A DNA stretch of 64,000 nucleotides from an uncultured Clostridium sp. (GTDB lineage Bacteria > Bacillota > Clostridia > TANB77 > CAG-508): NCBI GenBank assembly GCA_902406115.1, contig CABPCL010000002.1, forward strand, positions 17,271 through 81,270, read 5' to 3'. The notes below the pieces were generated by a model. That model was not told the origin of the DNA. It searched no databases and was given only the letters and a program-made list of their open reading frames with translations. Below, piece after piece: positions 1 through 9,206 of the stretch. Every line of letters begins with the position of its first letter. The first letter of the stretch is position 1. The position numbers and the translations under genes were made by a program.

Positions 1-137
<137 letters not shown>

Positions 138-152
138 TTACAATACTCTCCT

Positions 153-1502
153 TTATACATTTACATTTTCTTTTTTCTTACTTTCTTTCTTTTCATTTTT
201 TTGCTTATCCACATTAGCCTCTTCTTTTTCATCTGGTAATATTAAGTTTAATATTATACCTATAATTGCAGCTAAGCTCATTCCTGATATTGTTATAGAT
301 AAATCTCCACTTATAATTGATATTGATGCTCCACCTAGCCCTAAGACAAGCATAGTAGAAGCAACAACTATATTTTTTGTTTTTTCAAAATCTATCTGAT
401 TTTTAATTAAAACTTTTAGTCCATTAACAGCTATAAATCCATAAAGAAGTAGTGATACTCCTCCTAATACAGCATTAGGAATTGTAGATACTAAAGCTGT
501 GAATTTTCCTAAGAACCCTATTATAATTGCTATAATTGCTGCCAATCCAATTACCCATACAGATGCTACTTTTGTCATACCTACGACAGAAGTGTTTTCT
601 CCATAAGTAGTATTTGCAGGTCCTCCAAGCACACCAGCTACAAAGGTTGCAATTCCATCTCCTAGTATAGTTCTATCTAATCCAGGATCTTTTAATAAAT
701 CTTTTCCTATAATATTACTTAATGATGTGTGATCTCCTATATGTTCACACAATGTAACTAATGCAATAGGGGCAATAGTAATCAATGCTGAAAAATTTGG
801 TGCATAATTTACAAATGGAATTATAAATTTTGGAACACTAAAGAAACTAGCCTCTGCTACAGCTGTAAAATCTACCAGTCCTAAAATTATAGATAACACA
901 TAGCCTGAAATTATTCCTACTAAAAATGGTATAACCTTTAAAAATCCTTTTGCTCTAGTCATAACAATAGCTGTTACTAAAAAAGAAACTACAGCAACAA
1001 GTAATATCTTCCAATCAAGCTCCGCACCTGAAGTTAAACCTATCTGTGAAACTGCTGATGGAGCTAATCCTAGTCCTATAATCATTATCATTGGTCCTAT
1101 AACCACTGGTGGCAACAACTTATCAATCCAATTTTTTCCTATTAATTTAATTACAATTGCAACTATTATATAAATAAGTCCAACTACCATAATTCCAGTC
1201 ATAGCTCCTGATGCTCCACCTTTTAAATACGCTGCTGCAATTGGCGCTATGAATGCAAATGAACTTCCTAAATACACTGGTGATTTTCCTTTTGTACATA
1301 AAATATATATCAAAGTTCCTATTCCTGATGTTACTAATGCTACTGGTATAGTAAGCACTGTTTCTCCTGCTGCCGAATTTACTAAAATTGGAACTAATAT
1401 AGTTGCCCCAAACATAGCAAATACGTGCTGAATTGCTAATATAATCCATTTAGCAATTGGTGGTTTTTCGTTTACATCTAATGTCATTTTTTTCTCTTCC
1501 AT
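153..1502 (-). CDS. pyrP: uracil/xanthine permease (NCS2 family)
   Basis: 449-aa polytopic membrane protein. The NCS2/UraA-like sequence and its position immediately upstream of upp suggest a uracil salvage pair. Confidence 0.75.
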   Translation of the reverse strand: MEEKKMTLDVNEKPPIAKWIILAIQHVFAMFGATILVPILVNSAAGETVLTIPVALVTSGIGTLIYILCTKGKSPVYLGSSFAFIAPIAAAYLKGGASGAMTGIMVVGLIYIIVAIVIKLIGKNWIDKLLPPVVIGPMIMIIGLGLAPSAVSQIGLTSGAELDWKILLVAVVSFLVTAIVMTRAKGFLKVIPFLVGIISGYVLSIILGLVDFTAVAEASFFSVPKFIIPFVNYAPNFSALITIAPIALVTLCEHIGDHTSLSNIIGKDLLKDPGLDRTILGDGIATFVAGVLGGPANTTYGENTSVVGMTKVASVWVIGLAAIIAIIIGFLGKFTALVSTIPNAVLGGVSLLLYGFIAVNGLKVLIKNQIDFEKTKNIVVASTMLVLGLGGASISIISGDLSITISGMSLAAIIGIILNLILPDEKEEANVDKQKNEKKESKKKENVNV

Positions 1503-1698
1503 AAACTCCTCCTATTATTTTATTTTTATACTAAGATACAAAAAGAAGGTATCTACTTTCCAGACACCTTCTATAAAACATTATATATAAATGAAAATAG
1601 TAAAAACATAAATAACACAATTATTAAAATTGCTTTATTTTCTAATATTGTTGCTGTGTTTTTTCTTACTATTTTCGAATTTTTTGTCATTTTTTTGC

Positions 1699-1741
1699 AC
1701 CCTTTTAAATTTTATTATAAGAGTGCAAAAAAATCAACTGT
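1699..1741 (-). terminator. rho-independent terminator downstream of thrS
   Basis: Inverted repeat ttgcaccctt...aagagtgcaa, flanked by an A-run on one side and a T-run on the other. It lies between the thrS stop (1756) and the pyrP start. Confidence 0.5.
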
Positions 1742-1755
1742 TTTTTTACTTTTAT

Positions 1756-3708
1756 TTAATTTTTTGCAAATGTTTCTATTTCATGTTTAATTTTCTTAAC
1801 AAACTCATCTTGAGACATTTGACCAATATCACCATCTTTTCTAGAACGTACTCCTACAGCATTTGCTTCTATTTCCTTATCTCCAACAATTAACATGTAT
1901 GGTACTTTTTGAAGTTGAGCTTCACGAATTTTATAACCAATTTTTTCGTTTCTATCATCTAATTCAACTCTAATATCTTGTTCAAATAATTTATCTGTTA
2001 ATTTTTTTGCATATTCTTTATGGTTATCTGAAATAGGCATTACTTTAACTTGTACTGGTGAAAGCCATACAGGGAAAGCTCCCTTTGTCTCCTCAATTAA
2101 GAATGAAATAAATCTATCAAATGTTCCAAGTATTGCTCTATGAATAACTATAGGTCTATGTGCTTTTCCATCTTCTCCTATATATTCTAGTTCAAATCTT
2201 TGTGGTAATAAGAAATCTAATTGACATGTTGAGATTGTAATATCATGTCCAATTGCTGTTTTTATTTGAACATCTAATTTAGGTCCATAAAAAGCGGCTT
2301 CTCCTTTTGCTTCATAAAAATCAATATTTAATTCTGTTAATATTTGTCTTAATTGACTTTCAGCATTTTCCCACATTTCATCATCATCAAAATATTTTTC
2401 TTTATTATCTTTATCTCTTAATGATAATCTAAATGTATAATCTTGGAATCCAAAGTCTTTATATACAGAAAGAATCAAATTAACAACTTCTCCAAAAACT
2501 GGTTTTATTTGTTCTGGTGTTACAAAAATATGAGCATCATTTTGGCACATTTCTCTTACTCTTTCAAGACCACATACACTACCACTTGCTTCATATCTAA
2601 AGTCATGTGCAAGCTCTCCTATTTTTATAGGTAAATCACGGTAAGAATGCATTGCATTTTTATAAATTAACATATGATGAGGACAGTTCATTGGTCTTAA
2701 AACCATCTCTTCTGTATCCATTTTCATTACTGGGAACATATCTTCTTTATAATGATCCCAATGTCCACTTGTTTTATATAATGCAACATTTGCAAGTGAT
2801 GGAGTATATACATGCTTGTATCCTAATCTAACTTCTTTTTTTAGAATATATTGTTCTAGCAATCTTCTTATTGTTGCCCCATTTGGCAAATACATTGGAA
2901 GTCCTGATCCAACAAGCTCATGTGTCATAAATAAATCTAACTGTTTACCAATTCTTCTATGATCTCTTTGCTTTGCTTCTTCAAGTAAAGCTAGGTGTTC
3001 TTCTAATTGACTAGCTTTTGGAAAAGATACACCATAGATTCTTTGAAGCATTTTATTCTTTTCACTACCTCTCCAATAAGCTCCTGAAGAAGCTAAAAGT
3101 TTGATAGCTTTGACTTTTCCTGTACTCATCAAGTGTGGGCCAGCACATAAGTCTGTAAAATCACCTTGTTTATAAAATGATATCTCTTCACCTTCTGGTA
3201 AATCATTAATTAGCTCAACTTTATATGGTTCATCTTTCATTAATTCTAAAGCTTCTGCTTTAGGTAGAGTAAATCTTTCAATTGGTAAATCTTCTTTTAT
3301 AATTTTTTTCATTTCTTCTTCAATTTTTAGTTTATCGTCATCTGAAAAAGCTCTTTCAATATCAAAGTCATAATAAAATCCCTCATCTATTGATGGTCCG
3401 ATTGCTAATTTTACTTTATCTCCAGAAATTCTTTTAATTGCCTGTGCCATAATGTGTGATGTTGTATGCCAATATGCCTTCTTTCCATCTATATCGTTAT
3501 CAAATGTTAGAATTTCAACTTGTGCGTTTTCTTCTACAATGTTATATCTTAAATCCTTTACTTCTCCATTAACTCTTCCTGCTGTAGCATTTCTTGCTAA
3601 TCCTTCACTTATTTTTTTTGCCAAGTCTAAAACTGTAATCCCTTTATCAGCTTCCATAACTGATCCATCCTTTAATACAATTTTCATTTTTTCCTCCTTT
3701 TGATGCAT
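1756..3708 (-). CDS. thrS: threonine--tRNA ligase
   Basis: 650 aa with an N-terminal TGS domain (MKIVLKDGSVMEADKGITVLDLAKKIS) and class II aaRS core motifs, followed by a C-terminal anticodon-binding domain. Confidence 0.9.
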   Translation of the reverse strand: MHQKEEKMKIVLKDGSVMEADKGITVLDLAKKISEGLARNATAGRVNGEVKDLRYNIVEENAQVEILTFDNDIDGKKAYWHTTSHIMAQAIKRISGDKVKLAIGPSIDEGFYYDFDIERAFSDDDKLKIEEEMKKIIKEDLPIERFTLPKAEALELMKDEPYKVELINDLPEGEEISFYKQGDFTDLCAGPHLMSTGKVKAIKLLASSGAYWRGSEKNKMLQRIYGVSFPKASQLEEHLALLEEAKQRDHRRIGKQLDLFMTHELVGSGLPMYLPNGATIRRLLEQYILKKEVRLGYKHVYTPSLANVALYKTSGHWDHYKEDMFPVMKMDTEEMVLRPMNCPHHMLIYKNAMHSYRDLPIKIGELAHDFRYEASGSVCGLERVREMCQNDAHIFVTPEQIKPVFGEVVNLILSVYKDFGFQDYTFRLSLRDKDNKEKYFDDDEMWENAESQLRQILTELNIDFYEAKGEAAFYGPKLDVQIKTAIGHDITISTCQLDFLLPQRFELEYIGEDGKAHRPIVIHRAILGTFDRFISFLIEETKGAFPVWLSPVQVKVMPISDNHKEYAKKLTDKLFEQDIRVELDDRNEKIGYKIREAQLQKVPYMLIVGDKEIEANAVGVRSRKDGDIGQMSQDEFVKKIKHEIETFAKN

Positions 3709-3714
3709 GTTTTT

Positions 3715-3990
3715 TGCATCAGTCTAACATATAATAAATTTATTTTATATGAGTATTTCCATGTTTATATAAAAAACGCACCCCTCCAAATAGTTTTATT
3801 TCTATTTAGAGGGGTGCATTTTATATTGCACGGTTCCACCCTTATTTTTACTTCATTTGCATTTAACGTATGCTAATCGTCTGAATTTTCAGAAACAATG
3901 AGGTAGTTTTTCAAATATGTTTATTTAAAATAGCTTCCAGCTTACAACTATTTCTCTCTTAAAACAACCTTTATTTTACTTTGTCTCATT
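3715..3990 (-). promoter_or_regulatory. T-box riboswitch leader of thrS
   Basis: On the minus strand, AAGGGTGGAACCGTGCAAT matches the T-box consensus AGGGUGGNACCGCG. It is followed by a GC hairpin, GCACCCCTCTAAAT...ATTTGGAGGGGTGC, and then a T-run (terminator/antiterminator) just 5' of the thrS RBS. Confidence 0.75.
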
Positions 3991-4035
3991 TATGTTTTTT
4001 AATATTTAAATTTTATATATTATTTTCATTATTTT

Positions 4036-4323
4036 TTATTGTACATTTAGATTTATTGCAACTCTTAATACTAAAAATGCAATAACAATAACAACATCTA
4101 ACACACCGATTACCAAACCTGTAATACCCATCCATTTTCCTTTTTGTACATCAGATTTAAAAGTGGCAATTCCTATAATACCTGTAATTATAGCAACTAT
4201 TCCACAAGGTAATCCTGCTATTATAATTCCAACTAATGAAAATATAAAACTAACTAATCCACATTTATTCAATTTCTTTGTTGATCCATTTTCTATTATT
4301 TCTGGTTCTTTATTTTCTACCAT
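4036..4323 (-). CDS. small membrane protein, DUF4190-like
   Basis: 95 aa with two TM helices and a GLPCGIVAIITGIIGI motif typical of the DUF4190 family. Confidence 0.4.
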   Translation of the reverse strand: MVENKEPEIIENGSTKKLNKCGLVSFIFSLVGIIIAGLPCGIVAIITGIIGIATFKSDVQKGKWMGITGLVIGVLDVVIVIAFLVLRVAINLNVQ

Positions 4324-4399
4324 ATATGAACTCTCCTTTCAAGTGCTTACTATATTATTTTACTATAATCTTTGTATATTGTCAAAGCATTTTCACACT

Positions 4400-5713
4400 T
4401 TATTTTTCATATCCAGGTTTTCCTAATAATTTAAACATATTTGTTTTATATTTTTCTACTCCGGGTTGATTAAATGGATCTACTCCTAATATTTTTCCAG
4501 ACATTGCACATGCAAGTTCAAAAAAATAAATCAACTGTCCTAAAGTTTCAGCATCTAATCTTTCCATATTGACTATTATATTTGGAACGTCCCCATCTAC
4601 ATGTGCCTGAATTGTTCCTTCCATCGCTTTTTTATTAATGTAATCTAGTGACTTGTTTTCCAAATAATTTAAACAATCTAAATCATCTTCATCATGATTT
4701 ATCTTTAAATCTGAATCTGAATTTTTTATATTAATTACAGTTTCAAATAGATTTCTACGTCCTTCTTGAACATATTGTCCTAATGAATGTAGATCTGTTG
4801 TAAATTCTGCTCCTGCTGGAAAAATTCCTTTTTCTTCTTTTCCTTCACTTTCTCCATATAATTGTTTCCACCACTCAATCATATATCTCATCTTTGGTTC
4901 ATATGTAACTAATAATTCTATATTTTTTTCTTTTTCATACAATATATTTCTTAAAACTGCATATTTATAGCACTCATTATACTTCAAATTTTCATCTGCA
5001 TATTTATCTTGAGCAATTCTTGCACCATTCATTAATTTATCTATATCAATTCCAGCTGTTGCTATTGGTAATAATCCAACTGCTGTTAAAACAGAATATC
5101 TACCGCCTATATTATTAGGTATTACAAAAGTAGTATACTTTTCTCTTAAAGCTAGTTTTTTTAACGCTCCATTTTTCGCATCTGTTGTTACATATATTCT
5201 TTTTTTAGCTTCCTTTAATCCATATTTATTTTCTAATAGTTCTCTAAAAATTCTAAACGCAATAGCAGGTTCTGTTGTTGTTCCAGATTTAGATATTACA
5301 TTAATTGAAATATCTTTATTTCCTATTACCTCAATTAAATCATTTATATAATTAGGATTCAAATTATTTCCCACATATAAAATTTGCGGTGTCTTTCTTA
5401 TATTTTTATCAAGCATATTATAAAATGTATTTGTTAATGCTTTTATAACAGCTCTAGCACCTAAATATGAGCCCCCTATCCCTATTACTAATAATATGTC
5501 TGAATCTGATTGTATTTTCTGTGCAGATTTTTTTATTTTTTCAAATTCTTTTTTATCATAATTCGTCGGTAAATTAAGCCATCCTATAAACTCATTTTTG
5601 TCATCAGCTTTTTCATGTAACTCTTTGTGAATTTCTGATACTTTATCAGCATAATTCATCACATTTTTCTCAAATACACGTGCATTTTTAAAATCAACCT
5701 TTATATTTCCCAT
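4400..5713 (-). CDS. pgi: glucose-6-phosphate isomerase
   Basis: 437 aa. Firmicute-type PGI, with length and motifs (e.g. [11 protein letters not shown]) fitting. Confidence 0.85.
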   Translation of the reverse strand: MGNIKVDFKNARVFEKNVMNYADKVSEIHKELHEKADDKNEFIGWLNLPTNYDKKEFEKIKKSAQKIQSDSDILLVIGIGGSYLGARAVIKALTNTFYNMLDKNIRKTPQILYVGNNLNPNYINDLIEVIGNKDISINVISKSGTTTEPAIAFRIFRELLENKYGLKEAKKRIYVTTDAKNGALKKLALREKYTTFVIPNNIGGRYSVLTAVGLLPIATAGIDIDKLMNGARIAQDKYADENLKYNECYKYAVLRNILYEKEKNIELLVTYEPKMRYMIEWWKQLYGESEGKEEKGIFPAGAEFTTDLHSLGQYVQEGRRNLFETVINIKNSDSDLKINHDEDDLDCLNYLENKSLDYINKKAMEGTIQAHVDGDVPNIIVNMERLDAETLGQLIYFFELACAMSGKILGVDPFNQPGVEKYKTNMFKLLGKPGYEK

Positions 5714-5864
5714 AGGTTCCTCCTTAGTATACTATTATACTTTTTTCTATAAATTGTGTGCTTCTGTTCTTTATATATATTATACTAAGAATATTCTTTA
5801 TTCAACATTTTTTTATAATTTTAAAAATTTTTTGTAATAAATTACCTATTGGGGTAAAACTTTC

Positions 5865-7011
5865 TTATAATTCACTTAAAACTTTTGCTAAATATTTCAT
5901 ACTAACTAGGCTTTGGTCTAAAGTATTCCCAGTAGCTCCTACCTCTATAATACTAGCACCTTTTGCTAGCTCTTGATTATATCCACTATTTCTTAAAATA
6001 ATTGGTTTAAATAATCCAGGGTATAACTCATTTGCTTTTTCTTGAATTTTTATCGCAAACTTTAAATTTTCTTGCCAATCTTTATGTGTACCGTTCTCCA
6101 TTGCCACCTATTACAAATAATAATTGAGCAGCATATTCATCTCCAATTTTTACAGTAGGAGCATATGAGCTATCTCCAATTGCATCTCTATGAATATCAA
6201 ATACAACCTCTGTCCCTTCATTTTTATCTAGCAACTTTCCAACATTTGTATATGATCTATTGTATGATCCATTATATGAAGGATAATCATATAATGTTGT
6301 ATCATGCACTACACTGTATCCGTAATTTTTCATGTATTTTGTAAGTTCTGTTCCTACCCTAACAACAGATCTCGTTTTATCAGTTGTTCTAAAATTACCC
6401 GATTTTTTGTATGTATATTTTTCACTTGGAGTATAGCTTTCACACGTATGTGTATGATATATTAATATTTTTTTGGTATTTATTTTGACATCTGGAGTCA
6501 ACATTTGTTGTGTTAATTTTGTCTTTGTTTCATTTTTTATTTTTACTGTATTATATGTAGATGTAAATTTTTGAGGTACATTAGTTTCTTGTACTTCTGT
6601 TTTCACTCCTGTCTTTGCTTCACTTATTGTTCCCTCATCATTATCATAAATACTGTTTGAATTATTATTTTCTTCTGTTTGATTGCTTTTCTTATTATCA
6701 TTACTTTCTATACTATCCATCATACCTAATTCTACTCCCAAAACCATCCTTAGCGGTTTTTTAGAATTATTGTTTTGCGAATTATTTGATTTATTATTAA
6801 CATCTTTTATGTTTGGTATTACTGTATCTAAGCATGACAAAAGAGTATACTTATCATTATCTTCCTTAGAATTTTTTATCTTAAAACTTGAAAAATATCT
6901 AGTAAGAGCTACTACAATTGTTATAATTATAGTGATTTTTACTAGATATTTTATAACATCTTTCATTTCCACTACTGCTAAATTAATCATTTCTATTTCT
7001 CCTTTGTCCAA
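5865..7011 (-). pseudogene. spoIIP: stage II sporulation protein P, interrupted by a 1-nt frameshift near 6090-6105
   Basis: ORF 6082..7011 has an N-terminal TM segment, a low-complexity linker and the IYHTHTCESY amidase motif. ORF 5865..6107 supplies the conserved C-terminus (IIEVGATGNTLDQSLVSMKYLAKVLSEL). The two frames overlap, and the gene could instead be intact with a sequencing error. Confidence 0.7.
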
Positions 7012-7080
7012 GTCTTATATACTAATATATTCTTGTACATTGAAAAATATAACTTAATTTCACATATAGTTAAGATAAAT

Positions 7081-8388
7081 TTATTTTTTTAATAATTTAA
7101 TTGCCTCTTCTATTGTTAAAGTTTTTTGATCTCCTGTGTTCATATCTTTTAATGAAACAACATTGTTTTGTACTTCATCTTCTCCAATTGTAATAACATA
7201 TGGAATTTGTAAACGATCTGCATATTTAAATTTTGCTTTAGCCTTTTTATTTTCTAAGTAAACCTGTGTATTTATTTCTTCATTTCTTAGTTTTGACGCA
7301 ATCTCTAATGGCTTTTCTATATCTTCCGTCATAGATACAACTAATACTTTTGCAATTGACTTTTGATTTTCTCGTACAGCTTGTAATTCATTTAATTTAT
7401 AAAAAAGTCTTGTAAGTCCTATAGATACTCCTACTCCTGGTAATTTCTTGTCTGTATAGAATTCTGCCAAATTATCGTATCTTCCTCCAGAGCATACACT
7501 TCCTATTTCACGATATTCATTTAAAAATGTTTCATATACTGTTCCTGTATAATAATCTAATCCTCTTGCAATTGTTAAATCCACTTTAAAGTGTGTGTCT
7601 GGAACGCCAAACATTCTAACATATTTTACTACTTCTTTTAATTCATTTACTCCCTCTAAGAATAAATCATTTTTTATATTTAATTTATCTAAAGCAGCAA
7701 TCTTTTCATCTGTAGTTCCATCTATCTCGATAAATTCAATTATCTTATTAATTGTTTCATTTGGTATATTTAATTCTTCTAATGTTGCAATAACATTGTT
7801 TTTTCCTATTTTTTCTAGTTTATCTATTACTCTCATAATATCTACAGATTGTTTTTCTTGATTTAATTCTTTAAACAATCCATTTAATACCTTTCTGTTA
7901 TTAATACAAATTGTAAAATCATCAAATCCTAAATCTTTTATTGTTGTATATATTATACTTGGCATTTCAGCATCATTAATTATGCTAAGCTCTCCGTCTC
8001 CAATAATATCTATATCACATTGATAAAATTCACGAAATCTTCCTTTTTGTGGTCTTTCTCCTCTGTATACTTTTCCTATTTGATATCTTCTAAACGGAAA
8101 AGTAATTTCATTAAAATACTCTGTAATATATTTTGCAAGTGGCACTGTTAAATCGAATCTTAAAGCCAAGTCATTATCTCCTTTATTAAAGCGATAAATT
8201 TGTTTTTCAGTTTCTCCTCCAGCTTTTGCCAAAAGTACATCAGACATCTCTATAATAGGCGTATCTAATGGTAAAAATCCAAATTTTTCATATGACCTTT
8301 GTATCTTTTCTTTCATATTATTAAACGAAATTTGGTCTTTTGGTAACAGCTCCATAAAACCTGGTAATGTTCGTGGTTCAACTTTCAT
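7081..8388 (-). CDS. hisS: histidine--tRNA ligase
   Basis: 435 aa with class II motifs RFDLTVPLAKY and GGRYDNL, plus a C-terminal anticodon-binding domain. HisZ would lack that domain. Confidence 0.8.
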   Translation of the reverse strand: MKVEPRTLPGFMELLPKDQISFNNMKEKIQRSYEKFGFLPLDTPIIEMSDVLLAKAGGETEKQIYRFNKGDNDLALRFDLTVPLAKYITEYFNEITFPFRRYQIGKVYRGERPQKGRFREFYQCDIDIIGDGELSIINDAEMPSIIYTTIKDLGFDDFTICINNRKVLNGLFKELNQEKQSVDIMRVIDKLEKIGKNNVIATLEELNIPNETINKIIEFIEIDGTTDEKIAALDKLNIKNDLFLEGVNELKEVVKYVRMFGVPDTHFKVDLTIARGLDYYTGTVYETFLNEYREIGSVCSGGRYDNLAEFYTDKKLPGVGVSIGLTRLFYKLNELQAVRENQKSIAKVLVVSMTEDIEKPLEIASKLRNEEINTQVYLENKKAKAKFKYADRLQIPYVITIGEDEVQNNVVSLKDMNTGDQKTLTIEEAIKLLKK

Positions 8389-8451
8389 ATATTAATCTCC
8401 TTTATTTTTATTTTCTATAACATATCTCTTTCAATATTTTAGTTCGTCTTT

Positions 8452-9096
8452 CTATTCTCCAGGCATCAAATTATAATATATTGGTTCTTCATCTCTAATT
8501 CTTGTTGGCTGGCCATGTCCTGGATATACGATTGTGTCATCTGGCAATATTAATAGTTTATTTTCAATTGAATTTATAATATCTACAAAGCTACTTGTTG
8601 GTAAGTCTGTTCTCCCCCAAGTTCCTTTAAAAAGTGTATCTCCAGAAAATACCAATCTTTCTTTTTCGCAATATAAAGAACTACCCCCTGCAGTGTGTCC
8701 TGGTGTATGAAGTACTTCAAACTCCAAATCTCCCAAATGTATTAAATCTGCATCATCTACTCTAGAATCCGCTTCCAAGTGTTCCGGAGTAAGGCCAACA
8801 TGTTCTCTTAAATTAATTTCAGGATTATATAATCCTTCTGCATCATATCTATGTATTAAAATTTTACCGCCTTTTCTTTCTTTTAGTTCCTTTACTCCTC
8901 CAATATGATCTCCATGGCAATGTGTTAAATAAATGTACTTTAAATTTGCTTTTAATATATCAAGCAATTCCACAATCTCGTTTACACTTCCACCCGGATC
9001 TATAACCATTGTTTCTTTTGTTTTTTCATCTTGTACAATATAACAATTAGTTTTTTGTAAAAAACCTCCATCTACTTTTAAAACCTTTAATATCAT
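8452..9096 (-). CDS. MBL-fold metallo-hydrolase
   Basis: 214 aa with an HCHGDHIGG metal-binding motif. It is the conserved Clostridial neighbour downstream of relA. Confidence 0.75.
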   Translation of the reverse strand: MILKVLKVDGGFLQKTNCYIVQDEKTKETMVIDPGGSVNEIVELLDILKANLKYIYLTHCHGDHIGGVKELKERKGGKILIHRYDAEGLYNPEINLREHVGLTPEHLEADSRVDDADLIHLGDLEFEVLHTPGHTAGGSSLYCEKERLVFSGDTLFKGTWGRTDLPTSSFVDIINSIENKLLILPDDTIVYPGHGQPTRIRDEEPIYYNLMPGE

Positions 9097-9138
9097 ACCT
9101 CTTCACCCGTTTTTTTATTTATTATTATTATCTTAAGT

Positions 9139-9206
9139 ATGTCCCTAATCTGCCAATATGGCAGATTAAAGAACGTCCCTAACCTGCCAACTGGTCATGT
9201 TATTTC
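9139..9206. repeat. tandem pair of a ~32-nt dispersed repeat unit (copy set A)
   Basis: ATGTCCCTAATCTGCCAATATGGCAG... and ACGTCCCTAACCTGCCAACTGGTCATGTT. The same unit recurs twice at 30057-30115. Confidence 0.6.

Noticed and set aside
1147-1449. Antisense and alternate-frame ORFs inside pyrP (1147..1449 on -, 1249..1431 on +), and many similar 60-140-aa + strand ORFs inside minus-strand genes (e.g. 2443..2634, 9348..9662, 21208..21636, 39005..39559, 45895..46503, 49240..49775)
   Set aside because: They fully overlap strongly supported conserved genes. They have low-complexity, Phe/Leu/Ile-rich translations typical of AT-rich antisense frames, and no RBS.
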